Positions 12,601 to 25,688 of a DNA stretch of 64,000 bases are shown here, piece by piece. A program made the position numbers and the translations under genes. Position 1 is the stretch's first letter; each line of letters begins with the position of its first letter. The stretch covers positions 183,923-247,922 of the forward strand of contig ML996698.1 of NCBI GenBank assembly GCA_010356995.1, written 5' to 3'. The notes beneath the pieces were generated by a model. That model did no database searches, was not told the origin of the DNA, and saw only the letters and a list, made by a program, of their open reading frames with translations. This DNA comes from Trichodelitschia bisporula (Eukaryota).

Positions 12601-13830
12601 ATCCTCTCGTCAAGACGTCAAGTCCTCGGATGTCGTTGGCGGAATCGCAAGCGCCAGACGCGTGGGCGGTGGCGAGGGCTGGTGCGCACCGGACCAAAGC
12701 CGCAACGAGCTTGCTGCCCTGGAGCACCCGGTATGACCCCGCGACAAGGGTATACGCACGCTGATGGAAAAGGCAGAGAGAATAGATTTAGATGGCAATT
12801 TGGAGGAGCGCCATGTGCGGACGTGCTGTGGATGGGATTCCAGCGAGGAGTCTGAGCTCGCTACATTGTCATTCGTGCCCGGGTTCGTAAAGGTGTTCCG
12901 GCGACTTTGTGGGGAAGGGACACGGGGTCAGATGCAACGGAACATCATCCACAAGGGACCCTAAATAGAGTATGGTATGTATCATCGCCACCATGAGGTC
13001 GAAAGAAGAGTGGTGATCGGGCCCGTTAGGCTTGTCGGGCGCTGGCTCGATCTGACAAGCGGAAGGCTTGCATCCGCCGGCATCACGACCCGTGTGCTTA
13101 CCGCGCTTGGCATCCACTGCTTAAATCGCCCAAGGCTCCAAGGCCTATCAAGTCTTGGCCGACTAGAAACTCAATCTTCAAGTCCAAGAGACCAGCTCGT
13201 TCAAAGCCTCACCACCAATGTCTGTCAGCCATGATCATCGTGCCTCGAAACACTCCTTCGGCGCCCCGTCAGGGTTCTTCCCAGACTCAACCTCTTTATG
13301 ACTCCCGCGTGATTGGTGCTCAGCTACCCCACGCTCGTCAAACCTCGGTCGGTGCCCTTATCACGCCCTCATATAGGTTGCGCTGATATCTGTACAACGT
13401 CGCCTTTTGATTACTGTTCGCCCCAATCCTCGACTTCTGCAACTCCAGCACGCGTACCCATCGCTATACAAGCGGACGCCTGGGCCTCTTTCGCACGGAC
13501 GGATGCCGAACTTTAGAATCAGCCGCGTAATCTTCAAAGTGCCTCTGCCTTGGCTCCCTTGCTACGTCTGGTGGCCCGATGATGCCGTTGAATCTGGCGG
13601 CGACTTGGAGCAATATCGACCGTCGTCCGTTCTGCGGGGGGAGTCTAGCAGCTAGGGACGATCCACTCGTGTGATGATGTGGCAAGCCCAGTTTGCGTTT
13701 CGCATCCATATTGTTGCGCTTGTTGTCGTCGTGATGAATGACTTTAAAGTACCGCTTTAGCTCTCGTGGTTTTTGTAGTCGTTGTGCCAATCGTTTCGCT
13801 CCATGCCAATCGTTTTTCACCTTCCCAGCC

Positions 13831-16460
13831 ATGGCCAGCAAAGACGGAATAACGTACCGCGGGGAGAAGGATGTCTCGGCGGAGCACGTCGAGTACATCG
13901 ATGCAAAGAAGCCGATTGTTGCCGTGGAAGAGGAGAGCGTTGACCACGATGACGACAAACGTTACAACAAGCCGCCCAAGACTGCGCGAGAGCTTGTCAC
14001 AGAAATCCTCTTGGTCGAAGATGACCCAACCGTCAACCCGTGGACGTTCCGTATGTGGTTCATTGGCATCGGGATGTCTGTCTTTGCAGGGTAAGTACAG
14101 ATGTACCTCAAGAAATGGCGCTTACCCTCAAGAACCGTAACGACCATTAATACTTTTAAACCCCAATCCATCCATATTCATCTCGTCTTCGTTGCAGTCA
14201 TTACCTACATCATGGGAATGGGCTTAGCCGCCATACTGCCGTCGAAAGGCCGCCTCGGACGGATCCTAAATCCCGGACCGGTAAGCTTCTTCTTCGTTGG
14301 CTGTCACTGGCTCATAGTTGCAGTTCAACAAAAAGGAGCACGCGGCCATTTGTATCATGTGTGCTGCATCAGCGGCTACTCCAGAGGCCATGACAGTCCT
14401 CGCAGTACAGAAGCTCTATTACAATATCCAGCCCAACCCTGCAGTTGGCGTGTTCCTCATCCTGTCCACGCAAATGCTCGGCTATGGTGTCGCCGGCATG
14501 CTTCGCCGGACCCTCGTATACCCCAGCAATATGTTGTACCCGACGAACCTGCCAACAGCCTCGCTTCTGGAGAGCCTTCACCGTGACCGCAAGAAGAGCG
14601 GCAAGCGAATGAAGGTGTTCTACATCGCCTTTGCTGTCCTTTTCTGTTGGCAGGCTTTCCCACAGTACATTGGTAAGTCGAACGAAGCCGTATCGCAGCC
14701 TCACTGACCATTAGCGCCCATCATGGCCGGTGTGTCCGTCTTCTGCCTCAGCATGCGGCACAACCTCTTCGTCACCAACATGTTCGGCGGGTCCATGGCA
14801 AACGAAGGCTTAGGCACACTATCGCTGTCATTTGACTGGACCATGATCTGTACGTATCCTCGTCGTCTAGGCCATTGTTACCATAGCTCACTCGTCCAGC
14901 GGCACATGGAAATCCGCTCTGGGTGCCCTTTCAGACGATCATGAACTCGCTCTTGGGCTACTTACTTGCCATCGGTTGCTTCATGGGGCTCTACTACAGC
15001 AACATCTGGAATGCGCGGAAATACCCCTTTCTGTCGCCCAATCTTTTCTCGGACAAGTCAACAGCAAAGAAATATGTGACGTACAACCAGACAGCTATCC
15101 TCAACTCGCAGTGGACCGTCGATAAGGCACGCTTGGAGAAGGTCGGCCTCCCATGGCTCTCATCATCGCACGCTCTTGGTATGACCACCCAGAATATTGC
15201 CATTATGGCGACGGTCACCCACATGATCGTGTGGCACTGGGATGATATTAAGACCGCCTTCGAGGTCGTCCACATCAGCAAGCTGAAGAAGCTCCTGAGG
15301 CCGAAAGAGTGGGACCTGAAGTTCTGGAAGCACAAGGAGACCAAAATCAGCGACGAGGAAGCCGAACGGATCGATCCCCACTACCGCCTTATGCAAGCCT
15401 ACAGGGACGTTCCGTCCTGGTGGTTTGCCGGCCTGTGGGTAGCTTCGGCGACCGTCGGCTTGATTACTAGCCGGCTCGCAGGATCAACTCTCGATTGGTG
15501 GGCATTTTTCGTTGCCATCTTCATCTCTACCGTCTCACTGGTGTTTTTCGCCCCGCTCCAGGCTATGTTCGGGTTCAACCTCAACGTACAGCCACTGATC
15601 CAGATGATTGGCGCCTTCATGCTGCCAGGGAGGCCACTGGCGAACATGTACTTCGCGACCTTTGGTTACAACTCGCTGTACCAAGCGAAGAATCTGCTCA
15701 AAGATCTTAAGCTCGGCCAATATGCGCATCTGGCACCGCGCTGCACCTTCAGCGTGCAGGTTGTGGGAACATCGATCGGCTGCCTAATGTCGTACACAAT
15801 GATGCAACAAATCACTACCGACAAGCGAGAAATCCTGCTCGCCATCCAGGGGACAAATGTCTGGTCCGGCCAAACGATCCAGCGGGAAAATTCAGCCGTA
15901 AGTCAGCCCTACTCGTTTGCTTAAGTTGCTCATTCTCATAGGCGGTTACATGGGGTGGACTTGCCAAATACCTGTATGGCGTCGGCGGCCGGTACCAATT
16001 CGTGTCGCTCGGTTTCCTCATTGGTCTTGCGGTCCCATTGCCGACCTGGTTCCTGCACAAGAAGTTCCCAAAGCTGCGGCTCGACTATCTAAATACAGCC
16101 ATTGTCTGCGGCACGATGAATATTTTGTCCCACGGCACCCACAGTGCGCTGCTCCTGCACTACGTGACGGGATTCATCTCGCAGTACTGGCTGCGCAAAT
16201 ACCGCACGAACTGGTTCATCAAGTACAACTACATCCTCAGTGCCGGCATGGACGGCGGAGGTGAGTGACGCCCCTCTAATCCAGCTGAAATATGCTAACG
16301 GCGTCAAGCGCAAGTAATAGCTTTCTTACTCACCTTTACAGTGTTCGGTGCAGGAGGAAAACCGGTCCCTTTCCCGCCGTACTGGGGTAATAACCACCAG
16401 AAAGGGAATTACGATTACTGTATGCGGGATCCGGGTTTGGGAAAGAAGAAAGCGCACTAG
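13831..16460 (+). CDS. OPT-family oligopeptide transporter (multi-exon)
   Basis: EDDPTVNPWTFRMW, NPGP|FNKKEH, DPHYRLMQAYRDVPSWWF, DLKLGQYAHLAPR, KYNYILSAGMDGG and terminal FPPYWGNN motifs across exons. Several GT-AG introns, the first at 14091-14132. Confidence 0.95.
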
Positions 16461-17269
16461 ATACCCTCGTTGCGTCAAGAAATGGGTTTGTTTCGTTAGA
16501 GCTTGAATTGTGAATTTATGGGATGCCGCTCATTAGCTTCGGCCGCAAGTTCCCGAAAAGCTCAAGTCCTGTCGGTGCCTGGATCGGGGACTGGCTGACG
16601 GGGCGACCATGGCCAGTCCGATGAAATGCCCCGCGGAAGAAGCCAACGGCCAAACGTCCTGTTGCGGAACGCCGACTGTGAGATTCATGAATCCACTCCA
16701 TCGGCCGTCCCGGAGCGCATACCATCATGGTAAACAGGGTACGCGTTCGTTTCCGCCCGCCATATCCAAGGCGGCCAAGGCTGCGCGTACGAGGGAGTGG
16801 AGAGCGGGGATAAATTGAAGTTAAACATGAGCAGAGTTCCGAAGTATGGCGACGGTATTCTCAGCCGCATGCCACTTGATTACCTGCTGATTAGCTGGGG
16901 TGAGCCTTACTCTCTTCCGCCGTACGTTTTATCATAAATCCAGTCAACCACTACGCTTGTGCCGCCGACTGCAGGAAAGAGAGAAACCTGGGATTCTGGT
17001 CCATCCGTTATAGAACACGGAGCAAGCCATGCAAGCTTCCCGGCATCTTTCCAGCGCCGTTTAGCCTATGGCACACCAAGACTTCTGAGGGGTTAACATT
17101 GGGCTGGGAGGCATTCACCAGCCTGGTTAGGATGGTTCGCCCCGCCACGTATCTGAGAACCGAATCATCTCATACTGGTAATCAATCTCTAAAACGTCCG
17201 AAAGCTGAAGAAATTTGTACAGTGGAGAAATTGTAGCCTCAAAGAAAAGCCTTTCCACCCAATCGCCGC

Positions 17270-17815
17270 TCATGATCTCTTGAACTCGTTGATAGCTGTC
17301 TCAATAAGCATCTTGGCCCGTGTTCCATAGAGCTGCGCAGTCGACTTCGCAAGTGCGGGCATCTTCGCTACCATGGCGTCCGAAAACTCTGCCGCAGCAG
17401 CCAGGTGGTCGTTTAGGATGTTGAGCGTCACCGTCTTGCCTCCTGAGCCGATGATGATACGCTTACTAGCGGACCAGCTCTGAGTGGTCTGCTGCGTCTG
17501 GGTGATCATGTCATTGACCGGCTGGGTGAGGAATAAAGCCTCGTTGACGTTAAGGTCCGGCCCTCTCCGGACCTGGTACGCGCCCTCCCGCATGATGGAC
17601 GTCAACCCATTGCCGTTCCTCATGATCTGACTTGATAAGGAAACGACATCGGCGTTCCGCGCAGTGAGGGCGTTGAGGCTGTTGGAAAGGGTCTTCAGCC
17701 CACGCGTAGTCTGTTGTATGGCGGTTTCGGTCGGGTTGGCGTTTGGTTGTTGCTCGATGGGGAGGGAGAAGGCGAGCGAGGAGAAAGTGAGGAGTGATGT
17801 AACGGAGAAACGCAT
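17270..17815 (-). CDS. Secreted hydrophobic surface binding protein A (HsbA) / cell-wall mannoprotein-like
   Basis: 181-aa ORF with signal peptide MRFSVTSLLTFSSLAFS and an amphipathic helical body with family-like FSDAMVAKMP...IETAINEF ending. Confidence 0.75.
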   Translation of the reverse strand: MRFSVTSLLTFSSLAFSLPIEQQPNANPTETAIQQTTRGLKTLSNSLNALTARNADVVSLSSQIMRNGNGLTSIMREGAYQVRRGPDLNVNEALFLTQPVNDMITQTQQTTQSWSASKRIIIGSGGKTVTLNILNDHLAAAAEFSDAMVAKMPALAKSTAQLYGTRAKMLIETAINEFKRS

Positions 17816-20767
17816 CTTGATGTGAAAGGAGGCTCTGTTGTAGGAGGTCGGACTGAGAGGACGTCTGTCTGAAAAGGTACTGATGCTCGTTGGAGATGAC
17901 TTTGCTGGTGTGGAAGAGGAGTGAGTGTGATAGTGAGTGACGGAGAAAGAGGGATTCTCGTTGACTGATATACACGCCCCTCCAGATCCCTACCAAATCA
18001 CCCGCCCGAGCGACCCGAACTCAGTCGACGTACGCAGACTGGCCCGAGCCGACGATTACACTTACGCGTCAAGTTGGCCTGCAAAGTAGAGAAGGAGGAG
18101 AGTGCGCGGTCGGTTGCAATCTCCAGGGGACCGCGGGTGCTCATCCATGGGATCTACACCGCCACCATCTGGCCCTGATTATTTCCCTATCAAATTTATT
18201 TTTGGCGTCGCCGATTGCCCAAATTTCTGGAAGGGACTTGCGCGTTGTGGTGTGAACCGTGCTCATTGCGGTCATGTCAATGTCCGACGTTGATTAGACG
18301 TAAGGCTTAACGACTAGATGCACAGTTGCTCGACGAATCTAGTATCTCATTCCTCTGCCCTTCCGGAAGTTCAAATCTCTGATGTTGACAGATACCAGAG
18401 TGCAATGAGAACAGAAGATGCTTTCGTTCCAGATATTCAACGGTTCGTCCAGTAAGGCTGCGAGTCACTCCATGGGCAGTTCGCAAGCCCTGCGCTAGTT
18501 CCAGCCTTGCGGTCGTCGGCCGTATCTATAACCCCTCTCACACGCTACTTGCCGAACCGTTGTTCCTGGCCCTCCCGAAGGCACACACCAATCTCGTTAC
18601 AGTCTCGAATACCACCATCCATGAGCCAAGGGCCAGGTCGCGCCAGGGTTGTAGATTGCACACTTCCGATATGGAGAGCCACATCGCGGCCGATCTCCCG
18701 GACATGCTCTGAGAGCATTGATAGCTCTAGTTGCTGCCAAATGGTGATTAGTGGTGAGTCTACCGAGGTGCATCCAAATGCAGAATGTTGACTTTTTTTA
18801 CCTGGTTTGTTAAAGTTTTGGGCGCTACTATCGAGACTAGCTTCCGATGGCGAGCCCACCAGGTCCTGAGGAGTGGAAACACATCAGATCACTCGAGATG
18901 ACTCCATTGAGATTGAAGGCTCGAAGCTCGAATCGAGAGCCGAATCACCTCAGGCTCCTTAATGTCTACCAGACTATGCGGTGTATCTTCATGCTTCTCC
19001 CTGGCTAGATGCTGCTCTTCATCCTCAGCGAACAGGTTTCGTTCCTCAGGTGCGGATAATCTGACAACCGCGGTATATTACCCGCTAAAACCCTGGTCTG
19101 GCAAGTCACAAATAGCCCGTGCCAAACCCGTCATCTCCGCGTCAACCCAGTAGTTGCCGGAGTGGCTCGTCTAGTCGGAGATTTCCCGATTCTGACGGTG
19201 TCTGAGGCCAACGGCCCTGCAGTGTCAGCTCTGATGAGATCGTTGCAAACAAATTTTGCGCCTCGATTGCCCGTTCTGGATAAGCTTCGACCAAACTGTA
19301 GCTCTTACTGATGAGGCCTTGTTCTACAAGATCCTGATTCTTACCGACTAGATTGCGGATCCATTAAGCATCAGCCTAGTACGAAAACACACCTTCAATT
19401 TCGATATCTCCTCACCGACGTCTTGTTGACCACCCGCTTTCGGTCACATTCCGGCACCTTCGGTACCCAGGTTAAGAACTCCGAAGTCGAGAAGGTGTGC
19501 AATATAGCCGCGATGCCCTGTATCAAGTCTCCAAGCCTCCAAGCCTATAGGCTCTTTCCAAAATAGAACCACCAGCGGCGTCGATATAAACTCACCATCC
19601 AATTCTGCACTAATCTTGCCAGGATCACGTCGCTCGCCCGGCCTCAAACATGCGATGTGCACCGCATCCCTATCATTAACCTCCTTGGGAACACCAGCCC
19701 CAGCGGGAAGCAACGGGCGCGAGACCCTAGGAGCAAGGCCTTCCAACGCTGTGATTCCAGGCAGGCTCATGCCACGGACTTTTGTGGGACCAAGCAAGCT
19801 GACTAGCTGCATGATCGCGGTTCTGGCCGGCACGAGCCTGATATTGCGATTCCTTATGATGATCAGGCGATCGTGACGGTCTTGACCGATGCAGGAACAG
19901 TAAACTCAGGCGCACGGCGCGCGGTGCACACAATTGATCTGCGCTATCACAACAAGGCGCGACATATTTCCACTTTGGGCATCTGCTCGCCTTTCACTGT
20001 AGGGCAGCGCAGCGAGACCCTCCGTCCGACAGCCTCGCACACCGAAGTGACCAGCACCCGGACAGTTGAAGCAATATCGAGCCGAGCACCAGACGTCTGT
20101 CGCCAAAATAGCGCCCAAGTACCATACATCTATTCATAGCTTCCGCGATCTCAACCGTCGTTACTACTACCCCTCTTTCCCTTTCCCCTTCCCCTCCCGT
20201 TACATCTTGGCCCATCTCCGGTACCACTGCCGCCACCTCAGCCAAACCCTTAACCGCGGCCCGGCCTCGTCACGCACGGCCCGCCGCCCGGGTCCAGGGC
20301 CCCTCGCGTGGCACTTCCGGGCTCATAGGGAAAAGCCCTGCCAAGCCGTCAACGACCGGAGATGTTGCCGAACACATAATTTAGGCATGGTTGTGGCACG
20401 GAAGCCTCGGGCGGGGCATCTGTGGCTGAAGATTAAGGTTTTCGGATGGAGAATTGGGGTCCGGGTCGGTTGGTGGAGGGACGACGTGGGCGGGCTTGGC
20501 ACTTTTAAGGTGACGGACGCGCGGCCTTGAATGAGGCCCCTGAAGGCGAGGGCACGGAGGCGGTTCTTGGGTTCGGACGTGAGTGTAGAGTCACGCCGGA
20601 TTTTGCTTTCTGCTTCTCTAAGGCGGATGGAGGCGAGGTCTTGCTTGACGCATATGGCTTACCAGCAGAGGGTTTAACCGCCCACATGTCTTGTTGTCTC
20701 CACATCCAAGACAGACGCAAGAAAATAAAGAGGGAGATATTTGGACCACAGTCGTATAGGTAGCGGC

Positions 20768-22260
20768 TCAAACCGCACCACCAAATCGACCCGTGCGCGC
20801 CAAGGACATCAGCCACTTCATCAAGTCTTCAGCTAATCCATCCGCCAGTTCCTCAGAGATGATACCCTCCTGCCAACACAGTGTGATGGCCAGATCGCTT
20901 CCTCTCACCCCAGCCGCACTGACCGAGACAGCTGCGCCAGCGACATGGCCGGACTGCGAAAATACAAGCCTGTCAACCGTCCACGGGCCTTTCTTTCAAA
21001 GTCTGTGGCCCCGACATTGCTGACTTCCCAGGTATTCTCGCGGCTCGTGCCAATCAGCTTCCTCCACCGCTCGTTCCAGTCGGACACATAGCTCATTAGC
21101 CCGACGTCGTCATTTGGTAGCGAGGCGACCTTGCGCTTGATCTCTTTGCACAAGGAGGAAGCGAGCTCCCAGATGAGGTCTTCCGCCGCACTTTGGCCCC
21201 CTGCTGGCGTACGGATCCGACGAATCGTTTGTGGCGCGAATCGGTGCGACTGGCCCACCAGAACGACGCCCATGTTCTCGTCCTGGTTGAAGCCCTTCAA
21301 GCCGTCGGGGGAGAGAAGCCGGCGCAGGGAGATCGGGCTCACGCTGGTGAAGCCGCCATCGTAATTTTCGGTGACAGGGAGGCGTTTAGCCAGCGAGTAC
21401 AGGACGAGGATGTGGAGGAGGGGCGTCAGAGTCGTGCAGTGCTCTCTACAGCGCTGCAACATGTCTGAGAGGATATGCGCGGAGAAGGAAAGCAGGCGGA
21501 TGCGGGTGTTGTCTGGATGGGGGGTGATTGGTTTACCTGTCAACGCTGGCGCCAGCAGGGCTAGTTTGAGAAACGAGGGTGCGAACTCGGTCCAGAGAGC
21601 CTTGATGAAGTACAGCCAGGAGATTCTAAAATTAATGAGTGCTTCCTGGGGGGATGGAAGCGGGGACCGAGTGCTGATTGTCAGGACGTGGGATGACGGA
21701 TCGAAAGACGGGACAGAGCCTGGGCTGTTCAGAGCACGGAGGAGAGTCCGGTGCAGTATTGTGCCGCTGGGGCCGTCGCCGTAGCCATGATGGTATGCGA
21801 AGACGATGTCCACGGTGAGGGTTTCCGTGGGCAGGGCAGTGCCCACATCGGGACAAAGGACGATGAAGTGGTACCCCGGCCGGCGAGAAATGTCTGGCCA
21901 CGAAGTCGAGTGGCGGGTCTCAAGCACGCGCTGGAGAACTGAGTCACGGTCGGCCGGGGTCTCTAGCTGGAAGTGCTCCCAGCTCAGGAGCTGCGACAAG
22001 TTGATCGCTGGCAGATAGACAAAGTGCGGAGTGCGTGTCTCTTCGCCAACGATGCCAACTTGCAGGATGGAATGAGCAAGAATGGTCTGCGCGATGGCAT
22101 GCTCGACAGCGGATTCGAGGCTCGTGTCCTTCAGCGATGTGCGCCGGACGGTGTATCGAGCTGTCTGTCCTACGTAACGGTAGAAGCCAAGGTTGTGCCG
22201 GCTGGTAGAATACGATTCGCTGAGATATCGTGAGCTTCGCAATCTTGCAGAACTCTGCAT
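20768..22260 (-). pseudogene. Alcohol acetyltransferase (ATF/SLI1-like), frameshifted near the C-terminus (pseudogene or sequence error)
   Basis: HHGYGDG (HxxxDG) and WEVSNVG motifs. The family-like C-terminus (WTVDRLVFSQSG...AITLCWQEG...) continues in another frame after ~20990 and stops at 20768. Confidence 0.75.
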
Positions 22261-22890
22261 CTTGCAGTTCTCCTGCGCAAGGAAAGAGTCATCTTCAATA
22301 TGTACTCACATCTGACCGACCGGTCTTGCAATCAATGGCTTAGCGGTTGTGGCACCAAGAGACATCTGGATTTGAAGATGGGAAGTACTTGCTTCGTGTC
22401 CGCTGACATTTAGGACGGGAAAGAGTTTGCGTCGGCGAATTCATTTCCCTCGCGAACTCAAAGCATCTACGCAGTAGGTTAAAGATGTTGTGAAAGACTA
22501 CAACTGCAGAGATGACTCTCTATACGATGATAACCAGACGGCCTGTGCGCACCCCTGGAACGGGACAACGGTTCGGCCGCCGGCAAACCGGCATCATGTA
22601 ACCCACTCTCATCTCTACCTTCGAAGTATGCACACTGATCAAGATCTCACACTCTCCCAGCTCCTGCTGACAATTTCCTACCCTGCATTGTGATGCTTGG
22701 GTTGCTAGACTTGAAGGAAGAGCATTATTGACCCAGGATATCTCGGAAATTACTCGCACTCATCCCAGCAAGGACAACGATTACTTACTCAGAGAATCAG
22801 CGACAACCCCTGGATGACAACATCACCATGCTGGTTCCAGTCTCGAAAGCCAGATTTGTGCTCCGAGGCAAAATCCTATTTGAATAACCC

Positions 22891-23626
22891 TTACTCCGCA
22901 TCCTTCTTCCCCAAGTCCATTCGCATAAACATACCCGCCCACCCCTCAGACACAAACCCATCTACCTTTTGAAAGCCCTGTGCCTTGTAGAACCTGTCTC
23001 CCGGTCAGCATCTCGCCTCACGTAAATTTCTCCCTTTCAACCCCTAGGGTTCTGGGTCACTCCAGGAAAATAACATACTTAACCAACTTCCCTTCGTTCC
23101 CTGCCCAGCAGTCGAGGTAAATCACACCCATCTTCAACTCCGTCCTCACCCACTCCCGCGTATACTTCACCAGCGCGGCCCCGGCACCCTTGCGATACTC
23201 TCTGGTCGCCTGGCTGAAATCTGTGACGAGAGTCTCCAAAAACATAAACTCACCCTCTTCCCCAGCCAACGCCCTGCTGGTTACGTCCTGCAAGTGCTTC
23301 TGGTCCAGCACATACTGGGATATGTATCCCCCACGCAGGGTCGCTGCGCCTACAGGGAGGTACTCCCCGCTCGGCAGGGGCGCCTCGGCAATCAGGACGC
23401 GCACGGGGGGGCCAGAACGGGTGAGACGGTATCTCTCGGCGTCGGCGACGGCGGAGATGTAGCGGTCGACGAGGTTGGGGCGGGCCGAAGACAGCGAGTC
23501 GGTTCCCCATTGGCTGGCGCTGCCGATGGCGGCCAGGTGCGGGATGCATGAGTCGAAGGCAGATGTGATGAACTTGGCATCGGTGTTTGAGGCGTCAGGG
23601 ACGGCGTCGCGGATACGGAACGGCAT
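22891..23626 (-). CDS. GNAT-family N-acetyltransferase (2 exons)
   Basis: Acetyl-CoA motif EYRKGAGAAL and YLDCWAGNEGKLVK|FYKAQGF. Intron 23078-22994. Confidence 0.85.
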
Positions 23627-25688
23627 GGTTGCTGGTTTGGCGGCTTGTGAGATCTTGGATGGGGGTTGATGTGAAATGATAGAGGTGCAAGGTGCGCACA
23701 CACATCATACGGCTGCCCTAAACGCGCGTTTGCAACCTCGTGGAGTGGCAGAATCAACGTTGGCCTGCACTTAGAGACGTAGCAATGCCCGGTTTTGGCA
23801 ATTGTTAGACCTGTGCCTTACGCAGGCGTCCGGACTGGGTAAAATAAGCCGAGATACTTTAGCTTAGAGATCGCAATGCCAGAAGTAGTATGGTCGTATC
23901 CTGGGGCAGCCATAGCACAGTCACATGACCAAGTGATTCCTCAGCATGAGCCCAAGTTATGCCGCCTTGTTTTCGGCGTGGCCAGCGAGTGCCCCGCGCT
24001 GATGCACAAACTGATGCCCAGCGCTGTTGCGCAAGCCTTTGAGATGAGACAGAATGAAAAAAAGGACGGAACCAGGCGTGCATATTAAGTGGTGAAGGGC
24101 AGAAACAAAGGCAGTCTTGCTCCATTAGAGCTTGCAAGAATACAAGGGACGGGACTGCATAGCTTGGGCAGGACTGTGGTATGCTCAAAAAATGTCACCC
24201 TCACCACAGTACCTGTCCTCTGATAAGGTCCGGCGACTGGCCAACAAGGCTCAAAGGCCATCCAAGGCGTCTTCGCCATGCCTTGTCCTCTGTGAACACA
24301 CACAATGAAGTGTGCAGGAAATCGCCCAATCCGCCTGCGTTGTCTCCAAACACTGAAGTTGAGATACTGAGCCCACCCCCTTGGTATCGTCCCAGAATTC
24401 GTGTTATCCTAGTAGATGGGATGCGCGTTTTCCCTCTGTTATCTGCTTTCGCAGGGCTGATTCAGGCTGCGGTGGGGAGTATGGGATTCGCTGCGAAGGC
24501 CGAGCAGGACTCAGACTATCATGTCCGTACCCGTACTCTCAGCCGCAAAGAAGTACCACATCGTAGACAGCAAAGTCGAGCACCCAGGTTGCCGGTTTCT
24601 CCAGCCTCTAGACCTAACATAAAAGAGTACGGAGTACGCTGCATGGAATCGTTGATGCCGAAGCACCGCTTGACCTATCAAGAGACCAAGGCAACCGAGC
24701 GGGGGCCGCTGACTTCAGGTGCCTTGACAGCGCAGTTGGGATTCTCGCAACACACGCGCGCACGAAGACGTGTCCGTAAGGCGCGCACTAGTGGGGTTCG
24801 ACAAGAGATGGCGTGGAGGTGGGGAAACCGCTTCTGTTTGCCCGATGCTGATAGTTATGAGTCGGGGAGACGTTTCTCCGAACCCAGGTGACGCGCCGCG
24901 ACTCAAGAGATTACCCCCGCCTACACCGTACTCAGTTGCCATCCAGTTCATCATCCACACTCGGAAGAAGCATTCTGCATGGAATGTGCATCATGCTCGT
25001 GTATGATGAGGCAGCACACATTATAGGTGCATGCAAGACCACGCAGAAGTCGGATTCGCGTCAACGTACCGCGCTGCGATGTTAGCCTCGTTTTGGGCCG
25101 CGCCGCAGCAATCCTTTGGGCACAATCATTTCCGATAGGCTGCGCTGGGGAAAGAGTAGCGTAGAGCCGGCTTCAGATGCCAGCGCGTAGACATTACAAC
25201 TTAGGGCGCATCCCGCATCCCGCATCAATCTACAGGTCACGCCCATGATAGCATTACACTGTGGGCTAATGGTAGCGTAGGAAAATTGAAATTTGCCGCT
25301 TAATGTCCATTCCTACGAGTCTGTCATACTTCGTCGTACAGGGCTCTCCAGCCTTGACGAGCCCAAACCCGTGCGTGCAGCATGTGTGCAATGTGGCTCC
25401 TCAGCATTGGTGAATCCGAATGGTATGCCGGGCGGGTTCCCCCCAAAGGCAACACAGCTGCCAGCTAACGGTCGTTCACGTTGATGAGGTACTACGGTAC
25501 GTTTTTGAGCCGCATTTACAGCGAAACTAATGCTTTTGTAGGGTTGAGCCGTAGTATGCTCTTTAAGTGAACTTCAATCAGGCCCATTTCTTCCTTCGGC
25601 GCCAGGCGAAGTCAATTTCTACTCATACTTCCCCGTCGCGCATTGCTTCTGATATCTTCCCTGGAATCACCTATCACTTCTTCCGTCC

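Noticed and set aside
10900..13300. Short ORFs and an intron-like acceptor near 11070; 167-aa ORF 12224-12727
   Set aside because: Could not assemble a credible gene and no domain was recognisable.
8668..23626. Hemerythrin, OPT, HsbA, alcohol acetyltransferase and GNAT as a possible biosynthetic gene cluster
   Set aside because: No PKS, NRPS, terpene synthase, RiPP precursor or cluster transcription factor, and the genes are widely spaced.
24181..24891. 236-aa plus-strand ORF
   Set aside because: No recognisable motifs; composition looks like chance ORF in an intergenic region.
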